DNA of 64,000 nucleotides, taken from the NCBI GenBank assembly GCA_038087875.1, contig CM075990.1, positions 11,286,001 to 11,350,000 on the forward strand. The letters are read 5' to 3'. Each line of letters begins with the position of its first letter. Within the stretch, counting starts at the first letter, position 1. Source of the DNA: Malacoraja senta (Eukaryota). Of the stretch, positions 13,279 to 25,962 are shown in pieces. The translations under genes were made by a program, and so were the position numbers. The notes under the pieces were generated by a model. That model saw nothing but the letters and a program-made list of their open reading frames with translations, was not told where the DNA came from and did not search any database.

Positions 13279-13889
13279 CAGGATAGACAGTCAGTCGAAT
13301 TTTAAGAATCTTAAAAACCGCGCATGCGCAGGTTGGTCTCCTCTCCGGTAGGCAGTCAGTCGACTTTAATAAAGCATAATTTGTCTTCAAAAGCCTTATT
13401 TCTTAATAAAATATTTTAAAACATATAGCGCAAAGAAATTTACTTACCACATTATTTGTACACAAACTTAAGATAATGACCATCCATGTTTGAAAAACCC
13501 GCCAAGAAAACAGACGGACGATGAACGCATGCGCAGGCTGCGCAGCACACATGAGCGCAGTCCACGGTGCAAAGGCAGAATTTCAGCTGCCTTTATTGTC
13601 CATTGTAAGTGAAGGCTCGAAACAGCGTCCACGGCACGTGTGTTACACATAGTTTCGCGTATTACATGTACTGCGGATGAAAGGCACGGGAGAATTATGC
13701 CTACCTAAGAGATCGATGAATTCATGAAAATAATAACCATTTAATAAATTATGCATGTAATTTTGTGCATTAAGTTGCCAATAGTAAATGAATTGGAAAT
13801 CTTTACTATTTATATTTAATAATGACCTTTTTATAATTTTAGTCAGGGTAGGCACTGCCTACCTTGCCTACCCTGACGCCACGTGCCTG
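13279..13889. mobile_element. Non-autonomous hAT-like DNA transposon
   Basis: Perfect 8-bp TSD ACCACATG (13271-13278 and 13890-13897); termini CAGG…CCTG; subterminal TAGGCA repeats. Confidence 0.75.
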
Positions 13890-14740
13890 ACCACATGTGG
13901 GTATCAACAACATGCACTGTTTCCACTGGCTGGAGGGTTGTAACCAGAGGAAACAGATGCATGTAATTGTGAAAAGAAAGAGGGAGAGTTGTTTTTGTTT
14001 TATGCAATGTCATCTTGATCCAGAAGTAGATGCTGGAAAAGGAGATGGAACCACATTCTATCGCATCTTTCTAAAGAAAATTGGATAAGCACATTTAAAA
14101 AAAACACTGGAGGCACTAGCAGGGAAGTGCAGAGACGTGGATATATTTGAATGGGTTTGCACAGAACATGAGCTGAGTGGCCTTATTTCTTGGGTGTGTA
14201 ACTCTATTTAATAAAGTGTCACAGGAGCTGTTGACAAAGTAAATTCTAAGACAAGTTGCTGAAATATTTAATTGTAACTCTGTTGCTAGCTGAATAGTGC
14301 AATGTATTTTTTTTACCCGCTACCTACAGTTAGAATGCTTTATCTACCAGGAACCATTGAAGGTTAGCCACAGTATTTTAAGCAACATCATTATCATGCT
14401 CTGTTCCCTCACATCCATCCCCAATGTCTTTAAGATAAAGAACAGTTCTCCTGTGAACACACACATGCCTTCTAAGTTACTAATTGGCTGAAGGAAAGAA
14501 TGCTGTCCTCCTCAATGCCATGTTTCTTGACAGGCTCCAATTTTTCATTGTCTCAACAGCTGTGGTATAAAGTCAAGGCCATCTCAGTCCCGGGAGGTTG
14601 TACAGCTCAGTAATGTGAGGTCCTCATTCACTTGTGTGGTTTGGAGTGCATCACTACAACAAGCATCCCAATATTCATGCAGCAAAAACATGTAGGTATA
14701 CTCGGGTTTATTTATAAAATAACAATTATACAACCAACAC

Positions 14741-15312
14741 TGTGGCGCAGCGGTAGAGTTGCTGCCTAATGCCCCTGTCCCACTTAGGAAACCTGAACGG
14801 AAACCTCTGGAGACTTTGCACCCCACCCAAGGTATCCGTGCGGTTCCCGGAGGTTTTTGTCAGTCTCCCTAATGGTCGAATGTGGTTTCCGCTTCTTCTA
14901 TGTTCCGGCGATTATTTCAAAAAATTCAAAACTGGCCGTGACTAAAAATAGGTTGCCATTTTAAAAATCGGTAATTTTTTAGTCTAAGCCGGTTGCGATG
15001 CTAGTTGAAGGCGGTTGCCGGAGGTTGCAGGTAGTGGAAGGTAAGTTTTGAATTTTTTGAAATAATCGCCGGAACATAGAAGAAGCGGAAACCACTTTCG
15101 ACCATTAGGGAGACTGACAAAAATCTCCAGGAACCTCCGGGAACTGCACGGAAACCTTGGGTGGGGCGCAAAGTCTCCAGAGGTTTCCGTTTCCTAAGTG
15201 GGACAGGGGCATTACAGCGCTCGCAACGCTGTAGACGTGGGTGCTGTCTGTACGGAGTTTGCACGTTCACCCCGTGACCTGCATGGGTTTTCTCCGAGAT
15301 CTTTGGTTTCCC
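14741..15312 (+). mobile_element. HE1-like SINE 5' part interrupted by a MITE
   Basis: tgtggcgcagcggtagagttgctgcc | MITE | ttacagcgc…gtgctgtctgtacggagtttgcacg. Confidence 0.75.
14770..15211. mobile_element. PIF/Harbinger-like MITE
   Basis: TIR TGCCCCTGTCCCACTTAGGAAAC, inverted arms over 100 bp; flanks TAA / TTA. Confidence 0.85.
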
Positions 15313-16221
15313 AAGCTTCCACATTGCTGCAGATGCCGAAAATCTGAAATATATCAAAAAATGTTGAGGACACTTGGAAGATCAGGCAGCCTCTATAGCG
15401 AGATAAACAGGATTAATATTTCAGGCTGAGAACCTTTCACCAGTACTTGGAAAATAATATAAATTATTTTGCAGTGCGGTGAGATTGAAAGAACATGCAC
15501 TGGACATTACTTACTTATAGATAACCTGAAGAAAGTGATGGATAAAACAAAAGCAGAGTCTCGTACCACCTAATAATTAGGGAAGGCTGCAACTAATCAC
15601 ATAGAGTAAACCACATCTTTGATATTTTGATCTATTTTTCAAACAAGTTGTATACAACTACAATCCATTCTCTGGTGTAATTAAAGCTTCATGTTACCAA
15701 TGCCAATGTGCAATTGCATAACTCATGCCAAAACCTCTTAACAAAGGCCAAATCGATTCCCTTAAAATGAGCCATTAACTCAATCAAAATAGCATGGAGA
15801 ATTGCAACTTCACTGGGTCCAACAGTCACATAATGTTCAAGGCCAAAGCTTTTCAGAAGCAGGACGTGTTATAAGCAAATGTTTTAAATATTTTTTTTAA
15901 AAAGCTGTAGTTAAAGAAAAGTGGAAGACCATTTACACTTCTGTTGTGTTTAACCTCAGTGTTGGCTTGGGGGAAAGGTTAAAATCCAATGGATGGCCCA
16001 AGTAAGAACACACAAAGATGGGAGGAGGACATGTGTAGGAAGGAACTGCAGTGAGGTGGGAGGGGGGTTTCTACAGATAGAGGTGCTGCCATGTGCCTGT
16101 AGCCTTTGTTCTTCTTGGTGACGAGACCAGAGGTATAGGGGGTGGTGTTGCAATGGGTGGCACTTTGCAGCCTCAGTGTAACAGTGGTAAAAGGATTAAA
16201 TATTTAGGGAGTGTGCAAATC

Positions 16222-16283
16222 AAATGGGCTGCGTTGTCCTGGAGGGTGCTAAATAGGCTGCGTTGTCCTGGAGGGTGCTAAAT
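16222..16283 (+). repeat. 29-bp tandem duplication
   Basis: aaat(g/a)ggctgcgttgtcctggagggtgct twice, next to a LINE tail. Confidence 0.9.
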
Positions 16284-16304
16284 TCAGTTTAGTTTAGTTT
16301 AGTT

Positions 16305-16937
16305 TGAGTTCAAGTTCAAGTGAGTTTATTGTCATGTGTCCCTGATAGGATAATGAAATTCTTGCTTTACTTCAGCACAACAGAACATAGAAGGCATTGA
16401 CTACAAAACAGATCGTGTGTCCATATACAATTATATAAATATATACACACATGAATAAATAAACTGATAAAGTGCAAATAACAGATAATGGGCTATTAAT
16501 GTTCAGAGTTTTGTCCGAGCCAAGTTTAATAGCCTGATGGCTGTGGGGAAGTAGCTATTCCTGAACCTGGTCGTTGCAGTCTTCAGGCTCCTGTACCTTC
16601 TACCTGAAGGTAGCAGGGAGATGAGTGTGTGGCCAGGATGGTGTGGGTCCTTGATGATACTGCCAGCCTTTTTGAGGCAGCGACTGCAATAGATCCCCTC
16701 GATGGAAGGGAGGTCAGAGCCGATGATGGACTGGGCAGTGTTTACTACTTTTTGTAGTCTTTTCCTCTCCAGGGCGCTCAAGTTGCCGAACCAAGCCACG
16801 ATGCAACCGGTCAGCATGCTCTCTACTGTGCACCTGTAGAAGTTAGAGAGATTCCTCCTTGACAAACCGACTCTCCGTAATCCTCTCAGGAAGTAGAGGC
16901 GCTGATGTGCTTTCTTAATAATGGCATCAGTGTTCTT
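16305..16937 (-). mobile_element. Rex1/Babar LINE 3' fragment (RT C-terminal DUF1891-like region, ORF 16503-16865)
   Basis: FYRCTVESMLTGCIVAWFG…IIKDPHHPGH..F/ISLLPSGRRYRS…RFRNSYFP; 3' tail gacacatgacaataaac…(ttgaac)n. Confidence 0.9.
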
Positions 16938-16949
16938 GGTTCTCAGTGT

Positions 16950-17155
16950 ACACAGTTTATTGTCACCTGTACCAAATTACAGCGAACAGCCTTGGTTGCG
17001 TGCTAACCTGTCAGCAGAAAGACAATACATGATTACAATCAAGCCATTCACAGTGTACAGATACATGATAAAGGGAATAATGGGAATAACGTTTAGTGCA
17101 AGATAAAGCCAGTAAAGTCCAATCAAACATAGTCTAAGAGTCTCCAATGAGATTT
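16950..17155 (-). mobile_element. 3' UTR of a second Rex1/Babar-type family
   Basis: Same sequence family as 26575-26715 and 30320-30560 (tttattgtcac.tgtac…). Confidence 0.6.
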
Positions 17156-18519
17156 CTTTGGGATGCTTTGGTTCCTCCCAAATCCCCTGTGGAGAACTTT
17201 CGAGATTCATTCATTCATTCATCATCGTTGAAAACATTAGCGACGCAGTGGTGCTGGTTTCCAACGGGAATGGTGATGGACGCACCACACATCTGTGTGT
17301 GTCCGCTGCTGGAAATATAGGATTTTGGTGTGTGTGCTTTATTATCATTCCTTACAATGCTATGTACGACAGTGATCGCATCTTCTACTGAAGTGTGGAT
17401 GGCCGTTCACTCGTTAGAAGCTCATCCGCCCTTTGACAGGTCTTGTTTTTGGTCCTGCTGGGGGTCCACAGCCCCCTCCTCACCTGGCAAACCAGGTGGG
17501 GGAGACAATTTAGTCGCCGACTATCCGACCATGGAGCAGGTAGCACGGGATTACATGGTTCCTGTGGCGGAGGGAACCCTCTCCCCCCCCCACCAGACCA
17601 CTCCCCCCTGAATCCACTCCAAATGTTATGATATACTCTTTGTGATGTACTCATCCAGTCAAGTGGACACTATTCCATTGCACTCATGATGTGCCTTGCA
17701 AATGGTGGAAAGGGATTGGGAAATTTGTAAATGAATCGCTATCTGGAGGATTCTCAGCATCTGACACACTTTGTAGCTGTTGACGCACGTCCAGTTTAGT
17801 TCTCTGATTAATGACGGCATCTCCTCCCTGCTCATTCCCTTGGCTGAATGATGCTGAAATGAAATCACAATTGCAATCCTGTTCCTGTTCAAGGGTGAGT
17901 GGAGATGGTCTTTGTCAAATTGTCAAATGTCAGCTGATCCATGAATCCTATCTGGGTTGTGCCAAACTTCAATAAGATTGCCGGGACATAATGTGGGCAG
18001 CATGCTTCGAGTGGGCTTTATGTAGGTTGGTGATTAGGAGGCTAGGGAGGAGACCACTGGAGATTTGAATCTGTAGATGACGAGGGAGGTTTGAAGTTCA
18101 GCTCATGATTGAACAGGACAAAATATTGGATAGTGATAAAACTAGCAATCAGAAAGATGGGTTGGGGGGGGGAGCAGTGGGGGGGGGGGGGGGAGGTTAA
18201 TGTCTCATTTGAAAGATGTTAATGTTGCAAAGCAGTGCTTCCTTGACATAAGCTTAAGGTAAAGGAACCCATAGGGTGTAGTGGCCATAATATGATAAGA
18301 TTCAGCCTGCAGTTTGAGAGGGAGAAGATGAAATCAGATTTGTCGGTATTACTGTTGAGGGACCTGGGGGTAATTTGGAAGACAGGATCTTTACATCCCG
18401 AAGAAGAGGAAAGATTCTAAGGGTGAGAATGAGATGTTGGAGAGGGTGCAGAGGAGGAATACGACCTGAAATATCACCTATCCATGTCCTCCAGAGATAT
18501 TGCCTGACCTGCTGATTTA

Positions 18520-18745
18520 AGGGCCTGTCCCACTTTCACGACCTAATTCACAACCTCTGCCGAGTTTGCCCTTGACTCATACTCGCAGCATGGTCGTCAC
18601 GAGGTCGTAGGAGGTCGTAGGTAGGTCATAGGTAGGTCGTGATGCTAGTCATAGGTACTCGTGGCATCAAGTAGGTCGGGGCGTTTTTCTAGCCTGATGA
18701 AAAATGTCCACGAGTAAAAAAGGTCGTGAAAGTGGGACAGGTCCT
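18520..18745. mobile_element. PIF/Harbinger-like MITE inserted in a Penelope repeat
   Basis: TIR AGGGCCTGTCCCACTTTCACGACCT / AGGTCGTGAAAGTGGGACAGGTCCT; flanks TTA / TAA. Confidence 0.85.
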
Positions 18746-18799
18746 TAACGCCAGCATTTTTTGTCTGGCTTTATCTAGGTTCTCAGGTAATAATCATAA

Positions 18800-19035
18800 T
18801 TCCATGGTATTATTTCAAATAGTTGCAGTCATCCCCAGTGCCCTGGCCAGGATTTTTTCTTCAATCAACGTCACTGAGCTCTGGGGTCATTATTAGCTGC
18901 TGTTTGTGGATACAGTGAGTGCAAATTGGTTCCTGAGCTTCAAATGTTCCAAAGCACTTTCACTTTAAAAGGACTTCATTGGCTGAAATGTGCCTTGGGA
19001 TTTTACAAAAGGCATGATAAAAATACAAACCTTTC
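18800..19035 (+). mobile_element. Ancient DeuSINE/SacSINE1-like 3' half
   Basis: ccatggtattatttcaaa…ccctggccagga…gctgtttgtgg…cttcattggctg…; L2-like tail. Confidence 0.5.
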
Positions 19036-19920
19036 TTTATTGAGTCACAAAGTACCTCAGTATCCCTGTTATTCCAAGTGGACAGGACTGATAGAATGTG
19101 CTTTTGATTCAATACTATATGAAACACATTTAAATGGTAATGCATGTGGTGACAAGCCATGAAATCTCCTTCTCTTTCCTATTTCACTTTGCTTGCCATA
19201 TAAACATAGAGTAATGTTGATTAATGTATGATATGCAGTGACAATGTTGGTCTTAAACAGAATGCAGATTGTGCTCAGGTGATATGTTATATTGGACTGA
19301 GAGATTCATAATGCACAGATGATTGTGAAGTCCTGCCAGCTTCGTTTCTCTGAGAGATAAATGGTTCTCCAAGCAATGTAAATAGACAAGGACACAAGAA
19401 TTTTCTTCATCCTTCACTCATTGCAAGGCACAGAAAGACTGAATTTCGGTCACCGCAACAGTTCATTAAATTCAAGGGCAGTCACATGAATTGCCTGAAG
19501 GATCATTATAGCCTCTTCTCCTACTTGTACTGTCAGTGCTGATGCACAGTGCTTTCGTTTAAACTATAGCACTAATCCAGTTTATCTTTCAGTACTGTAT
19601 TTGACCGGAAGAAGATGTGGAGGAAGATATAACTACTAATTTTGTCAGTTTAGGTAATTCTTCTTTTGTTTCTTTCCTTTTCTTTGCTTCCTTCCATTCT
19701 CTGTGAATAAATTTACTCTTCAGCTTAAGAAACCATGTTACATATAGCTATTAATTAAGCATTTTGATTACGATATGTATATGCATCTAATAAAATATGA
19801 TACAAAAAAACAAAAAAAAAACATTTGGCTTCATCTCGTACGATTAAAGTTTTTGCTTTCTTTTGTGTTCAGTGCTAGGAATAAGCACTGTTCACTCCAG
19901 GATACTTGAGTGCGATGTCA

Positions 19921-20540
19921 AGGGCCTGTCCCACTTGGGCGTCATTTGCCCGTCACGCAGATGGCGCGCAAAGATTTTGTACATCCCAAAATCCTGGGGC
20001 GCCGCGCGCGACCGCGCGTCACTGCCTACGTCACCATGCACAATGCGCGCATAATGTAATAATAATAATAATAATAATGGATGGGATTTATATAGCGCCT
20101 TTCTAATACCCAAGGCGCTTTACATCGCATTATTCATTCACTCCTCAGTCACACTCGGTGGTGGTGAGCTACTTCTGTAGCCACAGCTGCCCTGGGGCAG
20201 ACTGACGGAAGCGTGGCTGCTAATCTGCGCCTACGGCCCCTCCGACCACCACCAATCACTCACACACATTCACACACATTCACACACATTCACACGCAGG
20301 CAAAGGTGGGTGAAGTGTCTTGCCCAAGGACACAACGACAGTATGCACTCCAAGCGGGATTCGAACCGGCTACCTTCCGGTTGCCAGCCGAACACTTAGC
20401 CCATTGCGTAATCTGTCGTCCCTATAATGTGCACCATGCGTGCATCATGTGCGCGGCACGACGCACGCTTCGTGCATCGTGACGCGTAAATGATGTCGCG
20501 TAAATTATGCGCAAATGACTCCCAAAGTGGGACAGGCTAT
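19921..20540. mobile_element. PIF/Harbinger-like MITE (CpG-rich subfamily) containing a nested SINE
   Basis: TIR AGGGCCTGTCCCACTTGGGCGTCATTTGC, degenerate right TIR; same subfamily as 53556-53772. Confidence 0.8.
20058..20423 (-). mobile_element. Full-length tRNA-derived CORE-type SINE with L2-like tail
   Basis: Minus strand: head with B box GGTTCGAATCC, CORE-like GTGTCCTTGGGCAAGACACTT, tail TAAAGCGCCTTGGG…AAAAGGCGCTATATAAAT…(ATT)n; 7-bp TSD ATAATGT (20051-20057, 20424-20430). Confidence 0.85.
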
Positions 20541-20711
20541 GATCAAAGTTAGGCTATGATTTTGCTGACTTTCTGGTTTAATGTTTTCTGAGGAGGTGCG
20601 AGGTGTCCTCTTGGTTTCATGTAATCAAGTGGATTAGCAGGATGATATGAATAATGCAATTGTAAATCAAGTTCTCTCAGTAGCAGCACTGAGTCTGAAG
20701 TCTGAAAGGAC

Positions 20712-21080
20712 TTGTGTAGGAAGGAACTACACATGGTGGTTTAAACCAAATACAGGCAGCGGGACAGGCAGCATCTCTGGAGAGAAGGAATGGGTGATGT
20801 TTTGGGTCGAGACCCTTCTTCAGACTGAGAGTCAGGAGAGAGGGAGTAAAGATATGGAAGGGTAAGGTGTTAAAATGACAGATCAAAGCGGATGTTGATA
20901 AGGAAATGTAGAATGATTAATTGTTGGCTGAGGTAAGGATTCCTGGCCCTAAACTTAGCCCCCACTAGTCTAGTCTAGTCTGAAGAAGGGTCTCGACACG
21001 AAGCGTCACGTCACCCATTCCTTCTCTCCAGAGATGCTGCCTGTCCCGCTGAGTTACTCCAGCATTTTGTGTCTATGTTC
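20712..21080. mobile_element. Penelope-derived repeats, inverted pair with 3' UTR spacer
   Basis: Minus copy 20712-20935 and plus copy 20977-21080. Confidence 0.75.
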
Positions 21081-21221
21081 CGTCTGAAAAAACTTGAGAG
21101 AACACAATCTTTTTTGCAGTACCAGATGTTTAATTTTCCAACAGACCATTTGTTTTGTGGCCATTACTAATGTCGACTTTTAAAAAGAAAAAGTTAGATT
21201 ATCAACTAACAGATTATCACC

Positions 21222-21525
21222 TTTGTTTAGTTCAGAGTTACAGCACGGAAACAGGCCCTTTGGCCCACCGTGTATGCACCGACCAGAGATCCCCGCACAT
21301 TAACACTATCCTACACACACTAGGGACAATTTACATTTATACCAAGCCAATTAACCTACAAATCTGTACGTCTTTGGAATGTGGGAGGAAACCGAAGATC
21401 TTGGAGAAAACCCACGCAGCTCACGGGGAGGACGTACAAACTCCCTACCGACAAGTGCCGGTAGTCTGGATCAAACCCGGGTCTCTGGCTCTGTAAGGCA
21501 GTAGCTCTACAACCCCTTGCCGCCC
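21222..21525 (-). mobile_element. HE1-like SINE
   Basis: Reverse complement of the 636-947 family. Confidence 0.85.
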
Positions 21526-21555
21526 TAAGTTGATCAATTATGATTCTAATCTGTG

Positions 21556-21860
21556 GGGCAGCACAGTGGTGCAGCTGGTAGAGAGCTGTGGCCTCACAGT
21601 GTCAGAGACCGGGGTTCAATCATGATCTCACCTGCTGTCTGTTTCGAGTTTGCCTGATCTCCCTGTGACCACATGGGTTTCCTCCAGCAGCTCTGGTTTC
21701 CTGCCACACCCCAAAGAGGCTAATTGATCTCTGTAAATTGCCCCAAATGTGTAGGGTGTGGATGGGAAAGTGGGATAACATAGAACATTTGTGAACGGGT
21801 GATAGATGGGGATTCTGGTGAGCTGAAGTGCCTGTTTCCATGCTGCTTCTCTCTAAATTA
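21556..21860 (+). mobile_element. HE1-like SINE, older subfamily
   Basis: ggggcagcacagtggtgcag…ggttcaatc…tgggtttcctcc…cctgtttccatgctg. Confidence 0.75.
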
Positions 21861-22869
21861 AATGCATTTCAATTTTGCAACTGCCTTGGGGAGATTTGAA
21901 CTGACAATGATCAATCTGGGCCTCCAGGTTACCAGTCCAGTAATTTAACCACTGTGCCACCATTCTACCTTGTGGAATGACTGAATGGTAGTTTTATATT
22001 CAGCTCTGTTGGATGAATATCAGACTCGGTCTCTGGAACCAGGATTTTGAAGGGGTGTTCCGTAACTTTAACGTAAAAAAATCTTTTGTTTTTGGAAAGG
22101 AATTATTTTTTTGACAGTGAGCCTCAGAATATACCCTTAGGGCTGGAAAGCACAGGCTGATTGTCAGAAAGATCGTGCACTCAGCTGTGATACCAGGAAA
22201 TTGATCTGTTTTTCAATTAATCGAGGTGCTAATTCTGGCAGTACGGCAAGTGGTTAGTGTGAGCCAATTCAGTCCAAACTCTTGTCAGTTTTTAATGGAC
22301 AATCAGAGATGGTGACAACGTGTGACTGTGGCTGTGAATGAGCCAGGTGAAGATATAAAATGAAATTGATACCTCCCTTTAGGTTGGGAAGGGGAAGTTG
22401 TGGAGTGGACTGTAAATTGAGATTGCAAATAATCTATTAGCAATATATAGATTTTTAAAATTAATAACAGGAACTCACCTTATACAATTGTGCATTGACT
22501 ACTTATCTTTATGTTGTCTCTGGCCATTCAAAAAAAAAAAAGAAGTGATTCATTAACAGCAACAGCTTGACTTTATACATTAGTATAGTTCAATGTCCCC
22601 AGGTGCTTCTCGGGAGCGAGAACAAACAAGACTCGAGATCGAGCAGCAGAAGGAGACATTAAGACGATTGATTGAGGTGGATTTTAAAGAGCATCTTAAA
22701 GGAGGAAAAAGCAGTGGAGAGGTTTCAGTGGAGAATTCCAGATGCCCGGGCTAGGTACCTGACACGTCTACTAATGCTGGAGCAATAAATACTGAGATGA
22801 ACAAGGTACCAGAATTAGAGGGGAACAGATATCCTGGGAACAAGAGTACAAATAGTACAAGAGTACAAA

Positions 22870-22922
22870 TAGCCATCAGGCTATTAAACACTACAACCTC
22901 ATAAGCTATGAACTACAGTAGA

Positions 22923-22953
<31 letters not shown>

Positions 22954-23398
22954 GAACTGTTATTGTTATTTTTTTCCTGAGTTTTTGTTATATTATTTAT
23001 TATGTTTACATATTCTGTTGTGCTGCAGCAAGTAATAGGGCTGTCCCACTGGGCGAGCTAATTCAAGAGTTCTCCCGAGTTTCCCCTGATTCGAACTCTG
23101 AGAATCACAGTAATAGCCGCTCGTCGATACTCGGGGCTCTCGTGGACATTTTTCAACATGTTGAAAAATCTTCACAAGTCTCCACGAGCTTACCACGTTT
23201 CCCGAGTACCTGCCGTTAGCGTTACGAGCCGCTAAGAGATGTCCCCGAGCTCCTAAGTACCCGCTCCATACATTCTAGGTTTGATTTTTTTTTAACTCGG
23301 GAGAGCTCTTGAATTAGCTCGTACAGTGGGACAGCCCCTTAAGAATTTCATAGTTCTATCTGGGACACATGACAATAAAACACTCTTGACTCTTGACT
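22870..23398 (+). mobile_element. Rex1/Babar 3' end interrupted by a MITE
   Basis: agccatcaggctattaaac (AIRLLN) …gggacacatgacaataaaacactcttgactcttgact. Confidence 0.75.
23036..23339. mobile_element. PIF/Harbinger-like MITE
   Basis: TIR GGGCTGTCCCACTG..CGAGCTAATTCAAGAG; TSD TAA / TAA restores host gcaagTAAgaatttca. Confidence 0.85.
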
Positions 23399-24198
23399 GC
23401 AGATGCTGGAGCAGCTGGATTAACTCAATGGGTCAGGCAGCATCTGTGGAGGGAACTGGACAGTCAATGTTTCAGGTCAATACCCTTCATCTGGTTTTAA
23501 AGAGTAGAGGAGGAGTAACTAGTATAAAGATAGACACAAAATGCTGGAGTAACTCAGCGGGACAGGCAGCATCTCTGGAGAGAAGGAATGGGTGACGTTT
23601 CAGGTTGTGACTCTTCTTCAGACAGAGAGTCAGGGGAGAGGGAGATGCAGAGATAAGGAAGGGTAAGGTGTAAAAATGAGACAATAAAAGAAATGCAGAT
23701 CAAGGAAAATGTAGAATAGATCATTGTTAGCTGGGAGAAGTTGACAGCGAAGCAAACAGAGATAAAGTATAAAGAGATGGGGAAAAGATGAGGCCAAAGG
23801 TAATGAGTGATAAGTGGATACTGTGAGGAGGGGTTGAATGGCAGATAACCGTGAGGGGAGGGAAGGGTGGAGGTAGCAACAGTGGCTCAGTGATAAGTGG
23901 AGTACAAAGGGCTGCAGATTCTGGAATCTGATAGGAAAAGAAGATGAAGACTGGAATTGAAGGAAGAGTGCTGGCAGATGAGAACATCAGAGGCAGGGGA
24001 GGGAAGAGGAGGGGTGAACAGTGTGGGGACAAAGGGATTTAATGTGAGAGTGTTTGGGATGAAGGGAGAAAGAAAATGGTGATAGGGTGCTGGGGAGTAA
24101 AATTCAAGGAAGGGGTGTGAAAGAGGGCCAGGGTAACTAGGATAGAAAGGGACAGAGGGGATGCGAGCTACCTGAAACTGGTGAATGTAGTGTTCATA
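23399..24198 (-). mobile_element. Penelope terminal repeats and long purine-rich 3' UTR, truncated by a CR1 insertion
   Basis: Terminal repeats at 23399-23495 and 23528-23625; minus strand near 24170-24198 reads MNTTFTSFR*, like the GIY-YIG end. Confidence 0.65.
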
Positions 24199-24686
24199 CA
24201 TAGAAACATAGAAACATAGAAACATAGGTGCAGGAGGAGGCCATTCGACCCTTTGAGCCAGCACCGCCATTCATTGTGATCATGGCTGATCATCCCCAAT
24301 CAATAACCCGCGCCTGCCTCCTCCCCATATCCCTTGATTCCACTAGCCCCTAGAGCTCTATCTAACTCTTAAATCCATCCAGTGATTTGGCCTCCACTGC
24401 CCTCTGTGGCAGGGAATTCCACAAATTCACAACTCTCTGGGCGAAAAAGTTTTTTCTCACCTCAGTCTTAAATGGCCTCCCCTTTATTCTAAGACTGTGG
24501 CCCCTGGTTCTGGACTCGCCCAACATTGGGAACATTTTTCCTGCATCTAGCTTGTCCAGTCCTTTTATAATTTTATATGTTTCCATAAGATCCCCCCTCC
24601 TCCTTCTAAACTCCAGTGAATACAAGCCTAGTCTTTTCAATCTTTCCTCATATGACAGTCCCGCCATCCCAGGGATCAATCTCGTG
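24199..24686 (-). mobile_element. CR1 LINE 3' fragment
   Basis: GLSYEERLKRLGLYSLEFRRRRGDL…RTRGHSL…FFAQRVVNLWNSLP; (TTTCTATG)n tail. Confidence 0.92.
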
Positions 24687-25799
24687 TGTGTTTTTGTGTT
24701 TTAAAGATATCTTGGAGGATTATTGAGTTGGATAAGTGCAGAATGAGGGAGATGTGAAATTAAGGATGAGAACAAGTAAACGGATTCATTGTGAAACGAT
24801 TTAAGGAAGAAATTCTAGAGTTTGCCACCTTGGCAGTCAAGGACAGTGTAGGTAGCTGGCACAGGGGTGATGAGTTAATGGGACTTATGTGAGATATGGG
24901 AAATAAGCAAAATTTTTGAATGGCTTGCACTGAGAGGAAACCGTAAATGTGTTGTAATGTAGTAAGCTGCTTCACAAGATTATAATCGGACAACATTCAA
25001 TAAAGGGGCAAATAAAGAGATATAAAAACATGCAAAGATATTGGTTTTAAGCAGTGACATAAGAAAAGAGTGATAGCGAGTGATGGAAGGAATCCCAGAT
25101 CTTAGAGCTTAGCAGATAGAGAGCATGACTAATGTTCTGTTAAAAGCTTATATATTTTTGTTAAATGTTTTGGAACTTTCCCATCAGTGTTAAATGACAA
25201 TCTGGAGACTGCAACTGCGAAATGTTTCCTGATAATGCAAGACTTGGAGGTGGAGGACAATGAATATTTAATGTTAAAAACTAAAATGTGCTTTAGTAAC
25301 AGAGCCTGATTTCACCATTAGCTGCCGTGCCTCCAGCGTTAAGGTCTCAAGTTCTTGTATATTTTCCATAAACCTCACAACGTCCCCACCTCGCTTTTTA
25401 TCTCCTTTATGTTGCTTCCTGAAACCTTACTGCTCTTTCTGGGTATTTTAAGGCAGAGATGGAAACATTCTGGATTAGTAAGGGTGTCGGGGGTTATGGG
25501 GAGAAGGCAGGAGAATGGGGTTGAGAGGGACAGGTACATCAGCCATGATTGAATGGCTGAGTAGACTTGATGGGCCAAAATGGCCTAATTCTACTTCTAT
25601 GACTTGTGTCTAAGCTTTTGGTCATCTGCTTGAACATCTCCTTCAGTGCATTGGTATTGAAGTTTGTTTCACTAATCTCCTGTAAACCCCCTTAAAGGTT
25701 CATTGCCTAAATACAAGGCTGCTGCATTAGGCCGGATATGATCAACATTTTGGCTGGACCCATCACACAAGTACAGAGAAAGCAAGCACGAGTTGTTGT

Positions 25800-25962
25800 G
25801 CGTGACGTTCCGGGTCGAGACCCTTCTTCAGACTCTAGAAGGGTCTTGATGCGAAACGTCACCCATTCCTTACATCCAGAGATGCTGCTTGTCCCGCTGA
25901 GTTACTCCAGCATTTTGTGTCTGCCTTTGGTGTAATCCAGCATCTGCAGTTATTTCCGACAC
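25800..25962. mobile_element. Penelope-derived fold-back repeat
   Basis: gtgacgttccgggtcgagacccttcttcaga…agaagggtcttgatgcgaaacgtcac. Confidence 0.75.
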
